Source: Lepidodermella squamata (Eukaryota > Animalia > Gastrotricha). From it: 64,000 nt of DNA. The stretch lies in assembly GCA_047495785.1 (NCBI GenBank), contig JBLDXI010000054.1:3162001-3226000 (forward strand), given 5' to 3'. The translations under genes and the position numbers were made by a program. How positions within the stretch are numbered: the stretch's first letter is position 1; each line of letters starts with the position of its first letter. This document shows, piece after piece, positions 54,880 to 64,000 of this stretch. Under the pieces are notes generated by a model. The model did not search any database and was not told where the DNA came from. It worked only from the letters and a program-made list of their open reading frames with translations.

Positions 54880-56835
54880 AAACTTGCAATATTATTTATA
54901 TCATCAAGTTGTGAATTTTTCGAAAATAAATTCCTTGAATATATAAAAAATGCGGATATGCTATCTAAAAAATTGATCAAGTGCATTACTAATTTATTGT
55001 TGATTCAAACCGTTGTGCTGTTTAGCATGTGCTTCAAGAAAATAAAAGTTTGATGAAAATGAATCAAACGGCTTTTTATTCCTTGCATAATTTAATTGTA
55101 TTTAGGACTCGTTATATACGCCAGAATCGTTCGAAAGAAGAAAACGTACTGACGTTGCAGAAAAATAATTGATATATGATATACCTACTGCCTTAAAATG
55201 ATAAAAATGAAAGAAAAATGTCGGGGAAATCTAGAAAAAAAATTCCTTTGTCTACCTCAATCGCTCTAATAATGCGCTGCGTGAGCGCTTGACTGGGTAA
55301 AAGTTGAAAATTATGTGTTTTCAAGAATAATATCAAAACTGGTAAGTTACGTCACCAGAACTCAGTTGTGCACCAGGTAACAGCCGAGTTTTTAGGGCTG
55401 TTCGCATGCCGCCGAGGTAATAATTGAGTTTTATTGTCGTGTGACCCCTCTTGCGTGCTCGCGTGCCCTGTAATACATGACGGCGGCACATGGTGTTGGT
55501 GAAGAGTGGTAGTCTCTCGAACGCTGATGACGATGCTGATGAAGAACAGAAGGCCTGTTTATATTGGGTGACCGCTCTCTCTCTTGCAGGAGTCAATTTA
55601 AATTAACAGAGATAGCCGCGCGCGCGCCGGGGTCAGTGTTTTTATGGCGGCGCACAGGCGACTTCCGAGCCAAAGCACCTCATCATCGTCTTCTGCTGAC
55701 CCTCACACAGCTGCGAGTGACCGAAACGAACTGTCTTTCTTCAGCTGCTATCGCTCATTCGATCTGTAGCTAGAGCTACTCGGTACAGGGTGTCCTTATC
55801 AACACGGACAGTAGTCGACGAGCGGGCTAACGCTTACCGTGTTTCATTTACGCGCTATTAAATAAAGCCCGAAAGCACTCAATTTTCGTCGTAACCTATT
55901 TACAAAGAGCCACCACTCAACGTTATAGGTATCTCCTGTGTAATGATGTTTGTTAGTTAGCCATTCCTTTATAGGGAGGATTCGGAATTTATTGCGCAGG
56001 ATTTCACAATTGTGATGTTTGCGTCCACCTTAATTCGGCGCGACTCATCGCTCAGATTTGTTTTCTCAAGCAAAGTTTTTCATCGGTGCCGCGCCCACCG
56101 GTAAATCATCATCATCATCACCATCATCACCGGGCGGCATTTCGACAGACTTCGGTCATCAGGCGTAATATAAGGCTTCGCAAATATAGTTCGAACGCCG
56201 CGCGGCTACTGTGTTGCCCGCCTGCAATAGGCTCGTCTTTCGCTCGCTTGATCCTACGGTACGCCCGGTGGCCCGCTGACGCCACGAGTTATTCCGGCGT
56301 CATCATGATTTGCTCTTCTCTTGGCGCGCGCAGCATAATAAGAACCTAAACCGCTTTCTCTCTCTCCCTCTCAAACAAATCGTGTAATTTTAGCAATATA
56401 ATGTACACAGTGTGCCCGGCTAAATATGCGCCCTACAAACGCCACGATTTTGTGAGACAAATTGTTTGCTTTTCACAAGCGTTCTCACCGTCACCGTGTT
56501 CATCGTGAAGTTTGATTACGACGAGCTCACGTGCTCGCAATGTGACACCCTAAAAATTTTCGTTCAACCTCTGAAAAATTGTTTGCGCGTGCTAAATTTT
56601 AGCAACCACAACGCCACCTTAACAACCTACCCAACTCTGTTTTATCACACTGTAATATGTTTTGTTGATAGCTTCGTCTTATGTTATAAAAAAGATGAAG
56701 ATTTTTTTAACCTCTGCGTTATTATTATGTCTCCATTTAATACCATCCGTGTCAACGACTGCGCCTAATGACGTCGAAGGTGTGTTACTTCCGCTAAGTT
56801 TCAACGTGACCTAATTGTTTCATTTTCGAATTTAG

Positions 56836-59800
56836 ATCCTCAAGTCCCGGGCTATACTCGGTATCCGGGTAATTGCCGGGGGTTCGCTGTATCAGGGCCG
56901 CGGCCTGTTGCGAGGCCGAAACTGTGCGCCCAATTGTGCGACATGACTCCGGAATGCCGCGGATTTTCTTACTCGCCTTACCGCGGCGATTGTATCCTAA
57001 AATCACAGGCCTGCGACGACCCAGAGTCGTCCGGCCTTTACGTCTTCTTCGCTAAAATGACCGACAAAACCGCATCGCCAGATTTTGGTTAGCTTAATTT
57101 TGACATAAGCGAATATTGGAATGCCCGCCGATATATTACCGAATCAAGAATTAGACAATTTTTACCGATTTTAAGGTGGAATTTATCAAACACTTAAAAC
57201 GACCAGTGTCCTGTTTCAATTAACAGCATTGAATCTCTTGGTCTCCAAAGGAATTTTCTGATTTTTTTTTCACTTGATTTGGTTGCCAACATTGGCCTCG
57301 CCGCGCATGAATTAGAATAATGAACATGTAATTTTCTCATATTTCCTAACAGCTCGGCATTTAGCGCAAGATTTCGACCCAAATGATCCGATCGCCACAG
57401 ATAAAGGTGGCGAAGACCAAGCGGCAGCCGAGGGTAACAATGACGAAGGTGAAGAAACTATTGAGGAGGATGTGGACGGCGAGGACGATGCGCCAGCCGA
57501 CCAAGAAACCGCCGAGCAGCCACAAGCGCCGGTGCAACACGACTCTGAAGAAGTACCACGCGTTCAAATGCCACCCGTTGACGTGCCGGCTGGGTACGAA
57601 GCCATTGATGGCAACTGCCCTGGTCACACGATTCCGCCGACTGCCTCGAAGCCATTAGCTGAGTGCGCGGATCAGTGTACAAATACCGCGAACTGCGCCG
57701 GTTTCGCCCACTCACATTTCAGCAACGTTTGCTTGCTGAAATCAGCCACGTGCGATAAGGCCGTTCAAGGAACCGAGTACCGATTTTATAAAAGAAGTAA
57801 TTTTTCAAGTTTTGATGTGACGATTTTTTTATTAAATTACCCATTTTTTTAAGTTGCATTCCGAGCAAGTGATGACGAAGAAGATGTTGACAGCAAGCCG
57901 CCTGGTATTAGAGCCAAACTGGTTCAAAGGTTCCCGCTCATGACGTCGAACAAACCCGGCATGGCTGGTTTCACGCGAGCTGACGGTGATTGCGTGGACA
58001 CGTTCGATTTGAATGAAACTGATTTTTCGACAACGATGCCGACAACGACTGATCTAGTGCCGACTGATAACACGCAAATGCCGATTATTATGTACGACCA
58101 GATCATGTTTGGCCCGGTCAATATTCCGCTGAAAGACTGTGCTGAGCGGTGTAAGGCGAGCCGGCAATGCGCGGGCTTGTCTTTCCGGTTCCGTGACAAC
58201 ACCTGCTTACTACGCACCCGGCCATGCGATTCAGTCATGCCTAGCGAAGGGAGCAATTTCTACCTCAAAGGTAAATTTTTTGAAAACCTTCAATTCTGAA
58301 TTGAATTCATATTTTATAAAAATTTGTAATTTTACTAATTTTATTGTTTGAACAGAAACTGAACCTGGTTTGTTTTAGTTTTAATTTTGATTTTGGTGAA
58401 ATCACATGCATGGGATCTTGAAAATCACTCATTTAAATTATGGCAATTTTTAATAATTTTTCTTTCAATTTTAGCCGCCATGTCTTGTGCTCAAACCAAC
58501 GAGGGAAGCGAGTTTTTGGTTGCTTTCATGGCCAACCGGGCTGAACAACCGGCTCAGCGGCCGTTGGAGGTGTTCATCACTCACCCGCACGATCAGTCGG
58601 TCAACGTCACAGTTTCATCGTCTGATGGTCGGGCCAATTTGACCGCCGTTGTTGAACCCTACGGCGTGCAGCGCATCGAAATCCCTCATGACTTCCGCTT
58701 ATCCGATCTCGAGTAATTATTTTAAAATTATTTTAAAATTAAAGATTATTTAAAATTTGAAAATTCGTAATATTTTGAGTTATTAAATTATTTACTAAAT
58801 TTACAATTATAATTTCTGTTAAATCAATATCAAATATTGAATTGAATATTGGGGAGAGTTACGGAATTTTTAAAATTTAATATTTTTCCAGGCGTGGTGG
58901 TATTGTTGTGGAACGGAAATCCATTCTGATCTCATCTACCGGCCCAGTTGTTCTGTATGGTGTCAACAAGGAATATTTCACCACCGATGCATTCTTGGCC
59001 CTACCTCGCCGATCTGTCGGCCAGCGCTACTACATCGCCTGCCACTTCCCACCCACATTTTTCTGCCAGTTCGCAGTTGCGGCAACTCAAGATAGCACTG
59101 AAGTCACGATTACGCTACCGAAATTCGGCGCAACCAAGTCTTGGCAGGGTCGCCAGCCGTTGGTCGAGTGCGGTCTGACGCTGCCTGATGGTCGCCGGTA
59201 CTCGAACGGAGACACCTTCCGAGTCCGCCTCAACTTCTGGGACGCGTTGCAACTGCAGGACAAGTGCGACTTGACCGGTACTTTGATCGTTTCCGACAAG
59301 CCGATTTCAGTGTTTTCGGGCAACTTGCGAAGCTCGGTTGGCGAGGGTACAAGCACCCGTGATCACTTGGTCGAACAGCTGGTACCAGTCTCCGGATGGG
59401 GTACCGACTGCGCCGCGGTGCCAACCCCGAACCGGACTGTAGGCGACTTCTGGACAATCACTGCCGCGGAGCAATCGACCGATGTCAGCATCCAGCAGTC
59501 GTCGGGCCGTTTGGAGCTAGTCCGCCTCAATGCTGGCGAGACCTACCGGATGCGCGCCGATCCTCGCAGCCCTATGCATATCGCAGCTAACCACCCTATC
59601 ATGGTCGTTCAATACGTGCACAGTCAAACTGACCCGCGCGAACCTGCCGATCCGTCCATGCAGCTATGCGTACCATCCGAGCAATTCGGCTTCGGGTACA
59701 TTTTCGCCACTCCGATGGGCGTTGCTACCAGCTATGAGAACTACATCACCATCATCATTGGCCAGGGCATGGAGAAAGATTTGTTGATTGATGGCAAACA

Positions 59801-62800
59801 CCCTGTACTGCTGGATAACCACCATTGGGTTCCGATCCCTGGCATGGAACTCGTCACGTCGTACATGCGTGTCGATCCTGGTTCGCACAGAATCACCCAT
59901 CCGAATCCGACGACCAGCTTCGCGGCTTACATCTACGGCGCCGGTGACCGTGAGAGCTACGCCTTCCCGACCGGTACCTGCCTGCACGAGGTCACGTGCG
60001 AGCCGTCGTTCCAGGTGGTTGGCGATGGTAAAGATAACGACTGCGACGGTGTTTGGGACGAAGAAATTTGCGGAGATAGCCAAGATAACGACTTGGACGG
60101 CTTGATTGACGAAGATTGCTACGACACCAATCATGCGGAACTCATGGTACCGCCATGCGGTGAGTTAATTAAAATTTCCTATATAGCCCACCTTATTTAT
60201 GTTATTTTTTTACCAAGATCCTGGAAGAACTGAAGGTCGCCGCTTCGTCATCATGTTCCTGGAGAACAAAGCCGACCAGCCCGCGAATTTGGACCTCGAG
60301 CTGTATGTCACCCAAGGCCCGGATGTGACGGAAGACGCGCTCGTAACCGTGACGACCCCGCTTTTCGACGGTCACTTCAAGAAGGTGCAACACCTGAACC
60401 CACGCGAGATTGTCACGTTCACCCTTCCGGCTGGTATGAAGCACGAAGGAACCGGCAAATCGAACAAGGCCATCCTCGTCGAAGCTACGACTGATATTTT
60501 GCTATCTGGCGTTAACCGAGAGCGATTTTCGAGTGAAGCCTTCGCCGCGATTCCGATTGCTGAGCTTGGAACTGAGTATTTCGCGGTTTGCTGGTACCCG
60601 ACTACTGAGTCGTGCGTTGTCGGCATCGCCGCGGTTCATGATGGCACCCGGGTTGATATCACCCTGCCCCCGAAACGCGACTCGAAGCAGCCATTCGACA
60701 TCGACGGCGTCCAGCGACCTGATGGCAACATCGTCTTGAATCTCGACCAGTTCGAAACCTACCAAATCGCATCTCTCACCGACTTGACCGGGGCTAGGAT
60801 CAAATCTTCGAAGCCCATCGCGGTTTTCAGCGGTAACAGCCGGACATCAGTCGTGAACCAGGCCTCGCTGCAATCCACGAACCATTTGATTGAAATGCTG
60901 CCGCCAACTTCAGCCTGGGGTAACATGTTCTACACCGTCCCAACGCCGCTTCGAACCGGTGGCGATGTTTTCGTCATTGTGGCGTCGCAACGCGGCACCC
61001 GGGTGCAAATCAGCGGGCAACAACAGGAGCTGTACCTGGACGAACCCGGCGTTTTCCGCCAAATCGAACTGCCATCAGCCTTCTGCGGCCGTATTCAGAC
61101 AGATAAACCAGTTATGGTTGTTCATTTCGTCAAAAGTCAACGGTATCACGACGACCCTGAAATCGGTGTACCAGCCATGTCGATCCTACCATCGGTACAG
61201 AACTACGACGTGCGTTATACGTTCACTACGACAGATTTCGCCTCAGCGTCCGGCCCGGGCCCGGATACGGATTTCACCAACTACGTGTTGCTGGCGATTA
61301 AGGGCAGCCAATCGAGTGGGTTGCTGGTCGACGGTGATACGATCGATGTTTCGCGGTTCAAGAACGTCGAAGGGTCCGACTACGTCTGCGCCGTTGTTCC
61401 GGTTCGGTCACGAGTCAGCCACATGGTTCAACACACCCTGGTCAATGTCCCATTCCTGGCGTTGGCCTACTCCCACAGCGCCCATAGCGCCCACATGCTA
61501 CCCATCGGCTACAGGCTACGGCTCAGCACTGGCTGCGTGAAATGCAAGCAGGTCAAACCGTGCGATGGCGTGGATAACGACTGCGACGGCCAGGTTGAGG
61601 AAGAGTTCTGCGACGGCGTTGATAACGATAACGACGGTCTGATTGACGAAGATTGCTGCGGTGGCCCGCCGAAGTGCGGCCTCCAGACAAGCGAAGGTAC
61701 TGATTTCGTGCTCATGTTCATGGAAAACCGACCTGATCAGCCGAAATTCCTGCCGCTCGAGATCTACGTCGCCACCAACTTCGTCGATGGCCCGGTTGAA
61801 GTTGAACTATCCGCCCCGCGTTTCGACTCGTTCGCTCCGGTTGTTCGGAAGGTCATGCCTAATGATGTTACCCTGTTCACTGTGCCGAATGTACTCCGTA
61901 TGACCCGAACCAGTATTGAAAATATGGGAATCCGAGTCCGAGCTGTTAATCCCATCGTACCGCTTGTTGTTTACGGAATTAACAAGGAAGCGTATACAAA
62001 TGACGGATTCTTAGGCCTGCCAACCGCCGCTCTTGGTACGGATTATTTCGTCGTAGTGTGGAACCCAGCAACCATCGGTGGCCAGTTCGGTATCGCAGCG
62101 ACTGAAGGTAATAACACTAAATTCATCAAATTTTTCAATAACTTGATTTTTTCGATCAGATGATACTCAAATCGATATCCAGTTTTCGAATCCGATGGAG
62201 GAACTTCGCGTTGTTTTCAACGGCCGTGCCTATTCGAACAATGATTTGTTGAAGATCCGTCTCGACTCGTACCAGACGTTTTTGGCTATCAACGAAGTTC
62301 GCGAGTCTGATTTGACCGGAACTCGCATCAAGTCGAACAAGCCGATCGCTGTTTTCAGCGGCAACATTCGCACGTCGATTGAATTCACATCCGGCAACCC
62401 GTCTCGCGACCATTTAGTCGAGCAGATCCCGCCAACCAGCGTCTGGGGCAAGAGGTTCGTTTCTGTTAGCACGCCTGGCCGCACTGTGGGTGACTACTAC
62501 AAAATCGTGGCGAGCCTCTCGAACACTTTCGTCACCATCCGAACTGCTGAGAAGTCGGAGAGCTACTTACTGGCGAAAGCTGGTGATTTCAAGCAAGTCC
62601 GCATCAAGTCGTCGACCTGTGCTTATATCGAGTCTGACAACCCGGTTCTTGTCACTATGTTCGTGCTTAGCCAGGACGGCTCGGATAACCCGGAAAAGGC
62701 CGATCCTTCCATGATTATTATCCCACCCATCAACCAGTACCGTATTCGTTACACATTTTCGACGACAGATTACGCCGGTCTGACCCCGGGACAGGGTTAC

Positions 62801-64000
62801 ACCAACTACATCATGATGGCGGTACCGAGCCGAAAGGTCAACGGGTTGTTGTTAGACGAACGTTCCGTCAAGTTGTCGAACGTTTATAAGGTGGCTGATA
62901 CTGATTACTCATGCGGAACGATCACGGTGCAACCGGGTCGTCACACCCTGTTGCACGCCGATCAGGTCACGCCTTTCATGGGTATTTTATACGGCGCTGG
63001 TGACCGCGAGTCCTACGCATTCCCGATTGGTATGGAGTTGAAAACTCAGACTAAGTGCTACCCTTGCCCGCAAAAGGAGCCGTGTGATAACATTGATAAC
63101 GACTGCGATGGTAAAATTGAGGAGGAGATGTGTAACGGTAAGGACGATGACGGTGATGGCCTTATCGATGAGGATTGTTGCCAGCTGTCCACGCCGGCCT
63201 TCGCTAAGTGCTACGACACCAAGACTATTCAGGCTTGCTACGGTGAAACTGCGAATTTCTCGTGTAATGAGGGCCAGTTCGTCAAACTCATCACCGCCCA
63301 TTTCGGCCGCATTGGATTCGCCGGTGAGTTGAGTTGCCGCTCTCCGAACCCGCTCAACTGCCAGGGTCTGGAGCAGTTCTGCGGTTTCAACGATGTCTAC
63401 GGCGTTGTTGAGGCTAAATGCTTGGGCAGATCGAACTGCTCGATTCAGGTTAATCAGTACTCGATGGGCGACGCTTGCCGAGGTTCCCCGTGCCAACTCT
63501 GCCACCAATACCTGCACGCGATTTACACCTGTATCGATGAACAGGACATGTCCTGCTCGATTCTTGCCAGTCGTGCGAATGGACCTGGTGGCGATAGTGC
63601 GGTTTCGTCTCGCTTCAGTGCTTCAAGCACGTTGTCAGCCTCAGCAATGGCTACAGCTAATCCGACCTCGCAAGATGGTGTTTGCTCATCGGTCATCCCT
63701 CAAGCTGGTGAGAAATGCCAAGCGCCTGAATGCACAACCCAGCCAAAGCCAAGCCCTATGGACCTCCACATTCCGGCTGCTGCAAGGTATGGCGTGAAAT
63801 GATTCATGTAATTTTTCAAATTTTACAATTTTTCCCTTCAGATTCTCTGCATCAAGCGTGCATTCGTGGTGCCCATCTTTCTGCGACCGGAATAACTCAT
63901 TCCTTCAAATCGATCTCGGAGGCCATTATGAAGTGACAGGTTACCTGATGCAAGGTGCTCGCGCCCATGAGCAGTGGGTTAGCCGAGCTGGTTTCGCCTA
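56836..64000 (+). CDS. Large extracellular mosaic protein: 3x PAN/apple, 3x (IgGFc-binding domain + DNDCDG repeats), SUEL/Gal-lectin, F5/8 type C; both ends incomplete
   Basis: PAN motifs CAQLCDMTPECRGFSY, CADQCTNTANCAGF and CAERCKASRQCAGLSF. FCGBP-type EGxxF...FMxN, DLTGTxIxSxKPIxVFSGN, DHLVEQ and ESYAFP motifs. SUEL motif CYGE...AHFGR...KCLGRSNC...YLHAIYTC. The last exon (from 63842) reads RFSASS..WCP...FLQIDLGGHYEVTGYLMQG...QWV (discoidin). First exon not identified. Confidence 0.88.

Noticed and set aside
63730-63936. ORF-track frame ending ...SISEAIMK* as the gene's last exon
   Set aside because: Splicing AG|gtatgg...ttcag|A uses another frame that encodes a clear F5/8C domain continuing past 64000.

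Overview
This is gene-dense eukaryotic (invertebrate animal) DNA with many ~45-65 nt spliceosomal introns, so the ORF track fragments most genes; exons were joined by hand using splice signals and reading frame. Left to right: a tail-to-tail pair of MARVEL-like 4-TM genes, DBR1, a nicotinic acetylcholine receptor alpha subunit, two tandem F-box/LRR genes, a long low-complexity non-coding region, a PMCA calcium pump (ATP2B) with alternative exons at splice sites A and C, a 5'-truncated CR1/L2-like LINE, SYF2, and BLM RecQ helicase. Then come a ~7 kb cluster of at least seven small secreted, prohormone-like orphan genes, an RTE-like fragment, a hAT-like MITE, LST2/ZFYVE28, UBR7, VPS51, and a large secreted mosaic protein (3 PAN, 3 IgGFc-binding + DNDCDG repeats, SUEL lectin, F5/8C) that runs off the end. 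The best candidate for an undescribed system is the secreted peptide cluster (38.7-45.5 kb). It contains two apparent paralog pairs, dibasic/pyroGlu/amidation signals and an ELH/DH44-like stretch, and a TGT...ACA Ginger-like element with ~265-bp TIRs sits between its divergent arms. Several housekeeping genes also have operon-like spacing that suggests SL trans-splicing. All family assignments come from motif recognition; no database search was run.
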